A DNA stretch of 64,000 nucleotides, taken from positions 206,118 to 270,117 of the forward strand of contig CAVPOM010000015.1 of NCBI GenBank assembly GCA_963707025.1. Direction: 5' to 3'. The notes under the pieces are model-generated. The model was not told the origin of the DNA, ran no database searches, and saw only the letters and a program-made list of their open reading frames with translations. A program made the position numbers and the translations under genes. The DNA is from an uncultured Verrucomicrobiae bacterium. Its GTDB lineage: Bacteria; Verrucomicrobiota; Verrucomicrobiia; Limisphaerales; Palsa-1400. Shown piece after piece: positions 40,802-51,301 of this stretch (position 1 is the first letter of the stretch; each line of letters opens with the position of its first letter).

Positions 40802-41782
40802 ATGAATCATCTGGCGCGCGCGCGCAAAGTCTTCGACATTGAATTGCAGGCCCTCAAGGCCGTGCGGGCCCAACTGGACGGCGCGTTCGCCGCCGCGGTG
40901 GAAATCGTCGTCGAATCCCTCAAACAGCGGGGCAAGATCATCGTGGTCGGCATCGGCAAATCCGGCAACGTCGGCCAGAAAATTGCCGCCACCCTCACCA
41001 GCACCGGTTCCCCCAGCGTCCTGCTCAACAGCGTGGACGCCCTGCACGGCGATCTGGGCCTGGTCAATGACGGCGATGTGGTGCTGGCCCTCAGTTATTC
41101 GGGCGCCTCGGAAGAGCTGCTCAACCTGTTTCCCGCCCTGAAACGCTTTTCTGTCAAAATAATTTCCTTCACCGGCGCCCCCAAGTCCCCGCTGGCCAGG
41201 TACAGCGACGTGGTGCTGAACATCAAGGTCCCCCGCGAAGCCTGCCCCTTCAACCTGGCCCCCACCTCCAGCACCACCGCCATGCTGGTGCTGGGCGACG
41301 CCCTGGCCATGGCCGTCCTGCAGGCCCGCGGCTTTGCCGAAAAAGATTTCGCCAAACATCATCCCTCCGGCGCCATCGGCCGCGCCCTGCTCCTCACCAT
41401 CCGCGACATCATGCGCACGGGCGCGCGCAATGCCGTGGCCGGCGAAGACCTGACCGTCAAGGAGGCCCTCCTGGTCATGGTCGCCGCCAAGTCCGGCAGC
41501 GTCGCCGTCGTCAACCCACGCGGCCAATTGACCGGCGTCTTCACCGATGGCGACTTCCGGCGTCAGATGGCCCGGGAAAAGGACGAGGGCGCCGCCCTGG
41601 CCAGGCCCCTGGGCAGCGTCATGACCCGCCACCCGGTTTGCGTTCGCGACCAGGCCCTGGCCGTGGAAGCGCTCAAAATCTTCAACCAGCGCAACATTGA
41701 CGATCTCATCGTCGTCAACGCCCGGCGCCAGCCGGTCGGTTTGATTGACCTGCAAGATTTGCCCAAACTGAAGCTGGTGTGA
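40802..41782 (+). CDS. kdsD: KpsF/GutQ arabinose-5-phosphate isomerase (SIS plus CBS domains)
   Basis: GIGKSG, ALHGDLG, SYSGASEE, EACPFNLAPTSST, HPSGAIG. Confidence 0.93.
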   Translation: MNHLARARKVFDIELQALKAVRAQLDGAFAAAVEIVVESLKQRGKIIVVGIGKSGNVGQKIAATLTSTGSPSVLLNSVDALHGDLGLVNDGDVVLALSYSGASEELLNLFPALKRFSVKIISFTGAPKSPLARYSDVVLNIKVPREACPFNLAPTSSTTAMLVLGDALAMAVLQARGFAEKDFAKHHPSGAIGRALLLTIRDIMRTGARNAVAGEDLTVKEALLVMVAAKSGSVAVVNPRGQLTGVFTDGDFRRQMAREKDEGAALARPLGSVMTRHPVCVRDQALAVEALKIFNQRNIDDLIVVNARRQPVGLIDLQDLPKLKLV

Positions 41783-41797
41783 AGCAACGCAGAGGCG

Positions 41798-42406
41798 TCA
41801 CATCGGCCGGTAATAGTCCGCCCGCCGCAAAACCGCCCGCACATACTCGCGCGTCGTTGGAAAACCAATTTGCCCGACGAAGATCCCGCTCTGCCGCGCC
41901 CCCGGCCCGTTGAGCCACTTGAGCACGTTGCTGCGTCCGGCATTGTAATCGGCCAGGCCGTAGGCGGCGGGATTGTCCGTGTCCTGATAACGCAGCAACA
42001 GCTTTTTCAAATACCACGCCCCGGCCAGCGTGTTGGTGGCCGGGTCCAGACAGGCCCGGTGTTCAAAGGAGGCCAGGTGCTCCGCCTTGGCCCATTCCGC
42101 CGCGGCCGGTTCGCGGATTTGCATCAGGCCCAACTCCCCGGCCCGTCCGCGCGCGTCCGGATTAAACCGGCTCTCGCGCCACACCACCGCCTTGACCAGC
42201 GCGGGATCGATTTGATAGCGATTGGCCGCCGCCACAATGACCGAATCAAACCGGCGCTCGCGCCAGTAATCCCAGCCCCAATACGCCATCACGCCCAGCG
42301 CGAGCAGCACTGCCATCCATCGTAAACGGCGTCGCAATTTCAATTTGGCAAAAGTTTGTTCGGGCCCGGTTTTGAGCACTGAACACCAAAACGCCGCCAC
42401 TGGCAA
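41798..42406 (-). CDS. Lytic transglycosylase (SLT domain); start uncertain
   Basis: AVVWRESRFNPDA, GLMQI, LDPATNTLAGAWYL, DYNAG, TREYV. Confidence 0.88.
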   Translation of the reverse strand: MPVAAFWCSVLKTGPEQTFAKLKLRRRLRWMAVLLALGVMAYWGWDYWRERRFDSVIVAAANRYQIDPALVKAVVWRESRFNPDARGRAGELGLMQIREPAAAEWAKAEHLASFEHRACLDPATNTLAGAWYLKKLLLRYQDTDNPAAYGLADYNAGRSNVLKWLNGPGARQSGIFVGQIGFPTTREYVRAVLRRADYYRPM

Positions 42407-42443
42407 CCTTCCCCTTCATCGGGCAGTGCCCTGAATTGATTGT

Positions 42444-42492
42444 TGTAGTGTCGGCGCTGTGCGCCGATGTCGAGCCACAGGCTCGACGCTAC
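42444..42492. repeat. REP-like GTAG...CTAC double hairpin next to IS630
   Basis: tgtagtgtcggcgctgtgcgccgatgtcgagccacaggctcgacgctaca. Confidence 0.55.
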
Positions 42493-42501
42493 ACCAGATT
42501 A

Positions 42502-43505
42502 GAGCGTTTCCATAAATGATATAGCTTGACTGGGGCGAGAGGGCTGGCAGGCTTGAGCCATGCGAGCGATACCCGTGTCTGCGCGCGAGCGCATCCTGCA
42601 ACTCTATGAACAAGGCAAAAGCACCCGCGAGATCGCGGACTTTTTCGGCTTTTGCGTGGCGGCGGTGCGCCGGGTCCGACAGCAGTTCCAAGAGCGCGGC
42701 ACGCTCCAGCCGCAAACCCATTTGTGCGGGCGCAAAACGCTGCTGAACGCCGGACGCCAGGCTCGCCTGCAAAAGCTGGTGGCGGCCCAGCCCGACGCGA
42801 CGTTGGCCGAGTTGGGGGCGCGTCTGGACCGCCCTTTCGGGACCTCCACTGTGGATTTGTGGCTGCGCAAACTGGGGTTGAGCTATAAAAAAAACGCTCT
42901 GCGCCGCCGAGCAGAACCGTCCGGACGTGGCCGAAAAGCGGGCCCATTGGCATGAGCGTCTGGCAAGTGACCCACCTGCCCGACTGGTCTTCGTGGATGA
43001 AAGCGGGGCCAACACCAAGATGACCCGTTTTTGCGGGCGGTCACCCGTGGGCCGAAGACTGGCGGCCCACGTCCCGCAGGGACATTATCAGACCACCACC
43101 CTGGTCTGCGCCATTCGTCTGGCCGGGCCTGCGGCCCCCTGCCTCTTTGAGGGGGCCATGGACGGGGAAATGTTTTTGGCCTGGATCCAGCAGGGGCTGG
43201 TGGTGGAGTTGCGCAAGGGTGACTTGGTCATCATGGACAACTTGGCCACGCATAAGGTGACCGGAGTCCGCCAAGCCATCGAAGAGGCCGGGGCAACGCT
43301 GCTGTATCTGCCGCCCTATTCGCCAGACTTTAATCCCATCGAAAATATGTGGAGCAAGGTCAAACAAATTATGCGAGGTCTCGCGCCGCGAACCGCCAAG
43401 GAACTGCTCCAAGCGGCGAAGATTGCCTTTGAAGCCATCTCCACCGCCGATTGCCGGGGCTTCTTTTTAAACGCCCGCTACGCTACATGATTTATGGAAA
43501 TGCTC
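42502..43505 (+). mobile_element. IS630-family insertion sequence
   Basis: TA on both sides (42500-42501, 43506-43507); IRs GAGCGTTTCCATAAATGAT / GAGCATTTCCATAAATCAT. Confidence 0.92.
42560..43490 (+). CDS. IS630 transposase (two ORFs joined at the A8 run 42887-42894)
   Basis: HTH ORF ending SYKK; DDE ORF with VFVDESG, VIMDNLATHK, LPPYSPDFNPIE. Confidence 0.92.
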
Positions 43506-43605
43506 TAGGATACTACCCTTCATCGGCAGGGCGGGACTCCGCCGCGCCGCGACTGGATTGCACAGGCGGCGGGCATGGCTCCTTCCTTCCTCTCTCCCGG
43601 CAGGT

Positions 43606-44369
43606 TCACCACCATGGGTTCGCTATACTGACCGGCATGTTTCCAGGAGTGGCGAGCGGAATGCTGAAGGCGGCGACGTGGCTGTCGCCCCACAACATGA
43701 CCGTCCAGCTTTGCCCTTTGTAATTGTGCCAGACGCTGCGCACGTCGGTGTTCCCTCGATTGGGATGCCAGATCCAGTCGCCTTGAATGATCTTGGTGCC
43801 CGGCCTGACGGCGATGTCGCCGCTTTTCATGGATTTGCCTTGGTAGGTATCGGCCGGGCTGCCAAGGTCGCCAAAGGGGTGCTCCACCCCAAAAGCGTCG
43901 TTGGCCCAATTCACCAAGTAGCTGGTCCCAAAGACACTCCAGCAATTCGAGCCGGGCGGTGTAGGATGGGCCGGGAAGTCGTCACCCTGGTCTGCCGGGC
44001 ATTGAAAAACCTGGCTGTTCCCTTCGTAGCCGTAAAGCCCCCGGTCAGCGGTCGCGACGAAGAATTCGTATGTGCCGTCCTGGCCGCCCAGCGCGTTCCA
44101 GTCCCAGATGCGCGGCAGGATGTCAGAGTTGTCGCCCGTATAAAGCGCCAGGGCGATGCCAATTTGCCTTTGGTTGGACACGCATTTCTCCTGCTGCGCC
44201 TTCTTCTTGGCGTTCGACAAGGCCGGCAGGAGCAGCGCCGCCAGTATGCCAATGATCGCAATCACCACCAGCAATTCCACCAGCGTGAAGCCGCTGGCGC
44301 GTTCTCCCGCCGGGCCGGGCTTGGGGCGGCGAACTGCCGCGAAGGCGGCTTTTTGTTGGTCAGGCGCAT
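43606..44369 (-). CDS. Prepilin-type N-terminal cleavage/methylation protein (H-X9-DG-like); probable frameshift in the leader
   Basis: [54 protein letters not shown]. The nearest ATG (44369) is out of frame with GFTL. Confidence 0.85.
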
Positions 44370-44373
44370 TGTG

Positions 44374-46413
44374 TTAGTTCCCCCGGATTCGATAATACGC
44401 GCGGGAGCTGGCATTGGTGGTGGTCAGGCGAAACTGGCTGTTGCTCACCACGGTTTGCAGCGCGGCAAGGGTATCTGTCGTCCAGAGTCCGTTCGGGTCC
44501 ATCGCGGTCAGCACCAGCAAGGGCATGCCATTGCGGTAATTGCCGACATTAAAAACGGCTTGCACCTGGTTGCCGGAACGGCTGGGCGAACCGGCAAATT
44601 GGATCGTCACCGGCGGCAGATTGCTGGCCGCGACCTGGGTCACCGGCCCCCACGGCAGCGCCCGTCCGGGCAGCAACGCGCGCGCGCTCAACTGATAGAT
44701 GCCGGCGTTGGTGGGATCGAAGACCAAGGAGGGCCCGGGGATGCTGTTGGTGACAGAGCCTCGCGTCTGCAGCGCACCGGAAATGGCAATGTTATCCAGA
44801 CACAGGCCAACGTCGGGGTCCGTCTGGGGATAATAGCTGCCGCCGATAAACTCCCACGCAAACTGGAACTGGGCGGTAAGGCCCGCATAAGCAGCCAGGG
44901 AATTGGTGATGTTGACAAACGAACTGTCCGAGGTGTTGCCGCCCGCCTCCACCCAGAGGTCCACCCAGGACAGGCCGCCATTGGTCGAAATCTGCGCATG
45001 CGCGACCTGGCTGCTGGTAGCCAAGCCCAGCATTTTTTCGAAAGTGAGCTGGCTGCCGGCCGACAGCACCAGGGCCGGTTGGAGGGTTAGATATTGCGAG
45101 GTGGGTGGAGTAGGCTGGGCCAGATGAAAACAATAATTGCCCGGCTCCCCGGGGGTGTTCGTAATCACAGAGTAAGTCCCCGAACTGATCACGGCGAAAT
45201 TGGTCAATCCGTTCGGGGCCGCTACGACCTGAGTGTAGGGCGTCAGGAAAGTCTCCAGCCACTCATAATTGGTGGCGCCGCCAATGGCATGGAAGGAATA
45301 GGCGTTGCTCTCATTGAGGGCGGCGGGATTGGATCCCACCAGCACGGGCGGCGAGTAGGCCGGGACAAAATCCACTTTCACATTGGCCAGGCCGGAGACG
45401 GTCGCGACCTGTTGCGTGGTCGTGAAGCCGGCGCCGGAAAAAATGATCGTATAATTTCCGTTGGTCGTCACGGGAACGGTGTAGCCGCCCGAATTGGCGG
45501 TGAGGGCGAAATAGGTGGAGCCGGGGACTTGCACGGTGACCCCTCCGATCCCCTCCCCCGGATCGTAAAAGCCGTTGCCGTTCAGGTCGTAATAAGCCAC
45601 CCCGGTGAGAAAGGGGGTGCCGGAAAAAGTCGCGCCGAAGTCCTGCGTGACCAACTGCGGCCCCACCGGCCCGTGGGAGCCGTCCACCACGCCGACCCCC
45701 ACTTCGCGGAAGGCGCTGTCGTGGATATTCTCGCGGTGCCCGGGCGGGCTTTGCATGCCGCCGGTCGCGGCCGAACCGCCCCAATCCACCTCAAACCCGG
45801 CGTGACCGTAAAAGACGGAATAGGAATAAGCGAAAACATTCTCGCCATAAGTGGACCAGTCGTAACCCTGGGCCATGATGCGCTGGCCCGGATCGGTGCC
45901 ATCGCTGTTGGTGTGGCCCTGATACTCGTTGGTGAACATGTCCCCGCTATGCAGCCGCGCCGCGGTCATCAGCTCGACGTTCATGGCCAGCGGTGGCGCC
46001 GCGGCGATGGCGTCAAACTGGCTCTCCATCAGGCTCAGGTTCACCCCGAAGTAAGAGTAGGCGGCCAGGACGTTTGTATCGGTGGTGCTGGCGAGAATGG
46101 CCCCTTCGGCGGGCGGGTTGGCCCTGGCCCGGTTGAGGTACTCCAGATACTGCTGTTCCTCATCGGTCGGCTGCCCTATCGAATAAGGCGTGGCCCCTTC
46201 CGGCGCAGGCGTCTGTGGGATCGGATGAGAGCGAGGCTTGGCCACCATGATCGGGGGCGCGGTGGGCGGGGCTTGGGGCGGACGGGCATCGCCCGGCACC
46301 GGAGCCAATTGAGCCGCGGCGCAAAGCGGGAGCCACGCCCCGGCCACAGCCGCCAGGATGGCAGCGGCTCTTCTCCCGGTTAAGTGCAATGCCTCAAGGC
46401 TTGATGTCTTCAT
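44374..46413 (-). CDS. Secreted CAP/SCP-domain protein with C-terminal beta modules
   Basis: LEYLNRARANP, LMTAARLHSGDM, YGENV, SPPGHRENI, FREVGVG, VTQDFG; GVAYYDLNGNGFYDPGEG. Confidence 0.85.
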   Translation of the reverse strand: MKTSSLEALHLTGRRAAAILAAVAGAWLPLCAAAQLAPVPGDARPPQAPPTAPPIMVAKPRSHPIPQTPAPEGATPYSIGQPTDEEQQYLEYLNRARANPPAEGAILASTTDTNVLAAYSYFGVNLSLMESQFDAIAAAPPLAMNVELMTAARLHSGDMFTNEYQGHTNSDGTDPGQRIMAQGYDWSTYGENVFAYSYSVFYGHAGFEVDWGGSAATGGMQSPPGHRENIHDSAFREVGVGVVDGSHGPVGPQLVTQDFGATFSGTPFLTGVAYYDLNGNGFYDPGEGIGGVTVQVPGSTYFALTANSGGYTVPVTTNGNYTIIFSGAGFTTTQQVATVSGLANVKVDFVPAYSPPVLVGSNPAALNESNAYSFHAIGGATNYEWLETFLTPYTQVVAAPNGLTNFAVISSGTYSVITNTPGEPGNYCFHLAQPTPPTSQYLTLQPALVLSAGSQLTFEKMLGLATSSQVAHAQISTNGGLSWVDLWVEAGGNTSDSSFVNITNSLAAYAGLTAQFQFAWEFIGGSYYPQTDPDVGLCLDNIAISGALQTRGSVTNSIPGPSLVFDPTNAGIYQLSARALLPGRALPWGPVTQVAASNLPPVTIQFAGSPSRSGNQVQAVFNVGNYRNGMPLLVLTAMDPNGLWTTDTLAALQTVVSNSQFRLTTTNASSRAYYRIRGN

Positions 46414-46817
46414 AATCGTATTGGCGGCGGAAACTTTGTTCGGCACCCGTCCCGAAAGCATGCCAGTTGCTGATTCTGTTTGCAATCCCGCCGCGCCCAA
46501 CTCATCGCTCATCACTGTCCAAACCCCTCAGCATTCTCATTTTACCATTCGCCATTCAAAATTCACCATTCCTCATCGAGAGAGGGCGGCGGGCCAGACG
46601 GCTGGCGACCAAGGGAATATGCGACGATGCGGGCCTGACCAGTCTCGACTCGTTTCTGGCGAAAAGAACTTAAACAAGCCAATAATACGGTTTGGCCCCG
46701 ACGACGTGCCGAAAATACCTCACCACCCGAAAAGGCCAACAAACGGGCAGTAATTGCCAAGAATAGGGGAGCTTTCCACACGATGCCCGGGCGATATTAT
46801 CAATAGGGTTACGAATC

Positions 46818-48823
46818 ATGGTTTCAAGAAATCGCAATCCAAGGAAGGTAAAGACGCAAACTTTAAACGCTTCATTCGGCGTAGGCATTCTCATTCTGGC
46901 AGGCTTGTTGCCCGGCCCACTCCAGGTTTGCCGCGCCCAAATCCTGGTCGGCGGATTCACCAACCAATCGGACACGCTGGCGCCACTTTCCACGGTCCCC
47001 GCAAGCGGCACGTTTTGGAGCGCGCAACTGAACATGCCGCCGTGGCCGGTTGACTGGCTTCCGCAATTGCCGGTCTATGCGTATGGACCCGCAGCAACCA
47101 AATGTTCGTCATTGACGACCGGAATTGGGATTACCCCTCGTATTGGGCCTCCGTGGCGGCGACCGCCACAAATTACGGCGGGATGGGCGCAATGATTGTC
47201 GGTGGCCCTCCCCCGCTGCCGACAAATGCCTGGACCAACTCCTCAGGCGGCGGCGGCGTGCCCAGTTACGCATTTCCGATGTACTTGCCCGATGATTTAT
47301 ACCTCACGAACTTCGCGCTGGCCAACGGGACGACGGCTGAGTTCGTGATTCATCAGCCTTCCAACATTACCGCCACGAACGGCATGTGGGATGTTTTTTA
47401 CACGACCAACCTTGCGCCGCCGATCTCCTGGCAATGGGTGTTGACGAACGCGCCGGGGTTGACGACCCTGTACGTGACCAACGCGACGAACGCCCAAGGC
47501 TTTTACACCATCGGTTTTCCATCTGCGGGCACGGATTTCTGGCTTGCGTTTATGAATACCGAACAAGAAGGAAGAGGTTCCTACATGCTTTACATTTCCA
47601 GTCAGGTGGCAACCAGTGGAACCGTGTGTAATCCCTCTGTACAGGGAACCGGCTTTACAAACAATTTCACCCTAATGCCTGGGACTGTGACCAACATAAT
47701 TATTCCAAACGGGGTTCCTATTAACCCGGACTTTTATGATGAGACTACACCCAACTATGCCATACATGTCATGGCCACCCTCCCGGTTTCGGTGTACGCG
47801 CTAAACCACCTTTACGCCGCAAGCTGGGCTTTTAGCGCTTATCCGACGCCGATGCTGGGAACCAATTACCGCGTCATGGCCCGTCCGGCTCTCGACGACT
47901 GGTACTACGGTCATTCCCAGTTTGCGATTGTAGCAACCGTCAATAATACCACGGTGTGGATCACACCTTCAACGAACGCCAATCTGCTGGCATATTCCGG
48001 TGGAACCTACAGCAACACGTACCCCATCACCATGAACCAAGGAGACGCATATCAAATCTACAGCAGCAGCAATACCGACGATGTGACTGGAACACTGATC
48101 AGATCCACTAGCCCAATTGCGGTATTCGCAGGTGCGAATGATGCTTATGTTCCCGCCACGACCAATGGGGACTCAAATCCACTGTGCCAAGAGCAATTGC
48201 CGCTCGGCTCCTGGGGGAACCAAGCGCTGGCTCTGTGCTTTGGTCGGCCGGGTGGCGACAGCTATCGCGTCCTCGCAGCGACTGACGACACGACCCTGAC
48301 CACAACGACCAGCAATGGCGTGGTGACCAACAACCTCGTGGCCGGCCAGTTCTTAGACACCATTCTGGATGGCTGGGTTGAATTCCAGGCAAACAATCCA
48401 ATCCAAGTAGCCCAATTCGCCCAAGGAGGCAAAAGCGACTACGATGATGGAGATCCATGCGAAATGTTGTTGCCTCCCACTGGTCGTTATTTGTCCTCCT
48501 ATACCATCGCCATTCCGCCCTGTCCTTTCCCTGAAGGAGGAGGCTTTAACAACAATTTCCTGAATCTTATTGTTCCACAGTCAGCGATAACAAACACGTT
48601 TGTCAACGACGAACCCCTAACCAATTTGGTGGCGATTAGCAATTTCGTGGCGATCACGAACAGCGGTTACTGGGCAGCGCGACTGTCGGTACCGGCTGGA
48701 ACAAATTATACGATCAACTCTTCGCAACCGCTTGAAGTCCAGGTCTACGGATTTGCCGATAGCGCTTACACAGGATTTGATGATGCCTATTGCTATATTG
48801 GCGGGTTCACTGTTTTTCCGTAG
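46818..48823 (+). CDS. Secreted protein with an IgGFc-binding-protein N-terminal-like domain; frameshift near 47095
   Basis: Signal in ORF 46818; SAGTDFWLAF, PVSVYALN, LGTNYRV, SQFAIVAT, DVTGTLIRSTSPIAVFAG, EQLPLGSWG, GDPCEMLLPP. Confidence 0.75.
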
Positions 48824-48869
48824 GCAAAGCACTCTGAAAGATCGCTATGAAGAGAAAGAACGAACTATT

Positions 48870-50024
48870 ATGAAAAGGGTGATGATCGTCGCGAGGATTG
48901 TTTCGATGGTGGCGCTGTTAGCAGCGCCGGCAGTGGTGCAAGCCCAATACAGTTTCACCACGAATGCTGACGGCATCACTGTCACCCTCACCGGGTATTC
49001 AGGCGTTGGGGGAAATATAACCATTCCAGCCACGAACGACACCGGCCTGACCGTCACGAGCATCGGGACCAATGCGTTCGCCAACCTCACCAACCTGACC
49101 GGCGTCGCGATTCCAGGCAGCGTCACCGAGGTCGGGGATTCTGCGTTCCAGAACTGCTACTTTCTGATAAATGCCACCTTTGCCAACGGCCTGGTCAGCA
49201 TCGGGGACTATACGTTCGAAGCCTGCACTAGCCTGACCAGCGTCACCATCCCTGGCACTGTCACCAACATTGGGGATTCTGCGTTCGGGAACTGCTACAG
49301 GCTGACAAACGCCACGTTGCTCAACTGCCTGCTCAGCATCGGGGATTCGGCGTTCTCTGGGTGCATTAGCCTAACCAGCATCGCGATTCCCGCCGGCGTC
49401 ACCAATATCGGGGATTCTGCTTTCGCGGGATGCACCAGCCTGACCAATCTTATCATCCCCACCAGCCTGACCAGCATTGGCAACTCTGTATTCATGAATT
49501 GCAGCGCCTTGCCCAAGCTCACGATTCCAGGCAGCGTCACGAGCATTGGAGACAATGCGTTTTCTTGGTGCAATCACTTGACGAACATGACGATTCCCGC
49601 CAGCGTCACCAATTTCGCGGCTGATGCTTTCGAAGCAACCCTCCTGACCAGCCTCCACTTCCAAGGCAATGCTCCAACCATTAGTCCGCCCAATGGGCCG
49701 CCTGTCGGAATTCCCCTCATGGGGACGGTCTATTATTTACCGGGTACGACCGGGTGGAGCAACTCCTTCGACGGATGTCCCGCCGTTCTCTGGAACCCGC
49801 TAATCCAAACCGGCGATGGCAGCTTTGGCGTGCAGAACGGTCAATTTGGCTTCAACATCACCGGCACCACCAATATCCCCATCGTGGTGGAAGCCTGCGC
49901 CAATCTCGCCGGCCCCGTTTGGACTCCGCTGCAAAGCCTCACCCTGACCAACGGCGCGTATTATTTCAGCGAACCTTTTCAGCCAGGCAGCGTCGGACGG
50001 TACTACCGCATCAGTTCCCAATGA
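48870..50024 (+). CDS. Secreted BspA-type leucine-rich repeat protein
   Basis: About 9 repeats of VTSIGDSAFxxCxSLTSVTIP; signal peptide. Confidence 0.92.
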   Translation: MKRVMIVARIVSMVALLAAPAVVQAQYSFTTNADGITVTLTGYSGVGGNITIPATNDTGLTVTSIGTNAFANLTNLTGVAIPGSVTEVGDSAFQNCYFLINATFANGLVSIGDYTFEACTSLTSVTIPGTVTNIGDSAFGNCYRLTNATLLNCLLSIGDSAFSGCISLTSIAIPAGVTNIGDSAFAGCTSLTNLIIPTSLTSIGNSVFMNCSALPKLTIPGSVTSIGDNAFSWCNHLTNMTIPASVTNFAADAFEATLLTSLHFQGNAPTISPPNGPPVGIPLMGTVYYLPGTTGWSNSFDGCPAVLWNPLIQTGDGSFGVQNGQFGFNITGTTNIPIVVEACANLAGPVWTPLQSLTLTNGAYYFSEPFQPGSVGRYYRISSQ

Positions 50025-50917
50025 GGCGGCCGCAACGAGATTAAGCGCAGCGGACAACGACCTATTGGGAAGGAATCCGAGGCGCAGACCCTTGGCGGCC
50101 TGCCGCCCCAACTCAGCCGCCCTCCTCCAACCACCGTGCAGTGCAATGCGGCCGTCATGGGTGGTAGGGTCCCGATTCATCGGGATCGAGCCGATATTCG
50201 ATTTCTTGAGATAAAGCCACGGCTCGAACAGAGTCTCGCCCTACCGGGGAGGGGGGGTGGTGGGGCTCCGTCCTGGAAAAATGACCTTGCGGAGTTGAGG
50301 CATATCACAGGGGCCGTCCGTTGGTCACTTTTACGGCGCGCTGGCCCGCCCGAAAATGGCTCCTCTGGCGCAGTGCGCCGCTCGGACCCTTGCAGATTGG
50401 AGCCCTCCCAATATTGCCCCTGTGAGCGTTTTTTGGAACAGAAGCAACCAATGTGAACGCGCAGAAACAGCTTCCAGACATCAGGCGTCATGCAAACCTT
50501 TGCCAACTGAAAACGATGGCAGAAAAATGGAGGCAGAAAAATGAAATTGGCCAGCTTCGCTCTGAACGGGGGGGGGGCAGGGCGTTTTATATTTCTGCCC
50601 CGGATATTTCTGACATCCTCTGAGAGAAAGATCGGAAACTGCTTTTGCGCGCGCCCAAAAGAAACGAAGAGCGGCAATCCCCGTTGCCTTCGCTGCCTTC
50701 TGTTCGCATTGGCGGCTTTGCGTTGAAATGTCTTTTTTATCCGTGGAATCCGTGAAACCTGTCCTCCGTAGGCCGGGCGAAGAAGGATCGCGGTTCAATT
50801 TCTTGGTTTGCCGCCGGCCACCCGGCGCGGGTTGTCCTCAACTATGGGGATATCTAGATGTGTAAGTATCTAATGCTTAGAACCTTGCAACAATCCGCAT
50901 TCTTTCGCACTTTTCCG

Positions 50918-50945
50918 TTGACATCCCTTCCCTATATGCTAAAAT
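50918..50945 (+). promoter_or_regulatory. Sigma70-like promoter upstream of priA
   Basis: TTGACA (50918-50923), 16-bp spacer, TAAAAT (50940-50945) with TGn. Confidence 0.5.
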
Positions 50946-51114
50946 TCGCATAGTGAGAAGAGGGAAGGCACAATGGAATCAGACGGCGACGGGTCCAAGA
51001 CGGGATTCCCCACGTTTTTCTGCCGGCGTTGGCCGCGCCGATGCCGTCACTGCATCCCTCCATGACTCCATCACTCCACCCGGGGTTCGCGGTTCGAAAT
51101 GGATGGCGGCTGAT

Positions 51115-51181
51115 TTCAGTTTCATTTCACCTAATTTCACCTGGTTTCAGCTAGTTTCACCTGGTTTCACCTGGTTTCACT
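51115..51181. repeat. Decamer tandem repeat (TTTCACCTGG-like)
   Basis: tttcacctaa/tttcacctgg/tttcagctag/tttcacctgg/tttcacctgg. Confidence 0.8.
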
Positions 51182-51301
51182 TCCCGACCCAAGGGGGGGG
51201 CCTGGCATGCACCCAACGGCATTTCCCGTCGAAACGGTCGAATTGGCGGATGGCTCCCATTTTGCATTTTGCAATCAACCTTTTGCCTTTAGGATTTCCC
51301 C

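Noticed and set aside
1165..48823. Widespread pseudogenisation or programmed frameshifting (cheBR, lhgO, trpS, IS4 and IS1 transposases, S10, MTase, GH42, pilin-like, IgGFc-like)
   Set aside because: These are single-base breaks, several at homopolymers, in otherwise intact genes including the essential trpS. Uncorrected long-read error is the simpler explanation. Only the IS3 and IS630 slippery sites fit known programmed frameshifts.
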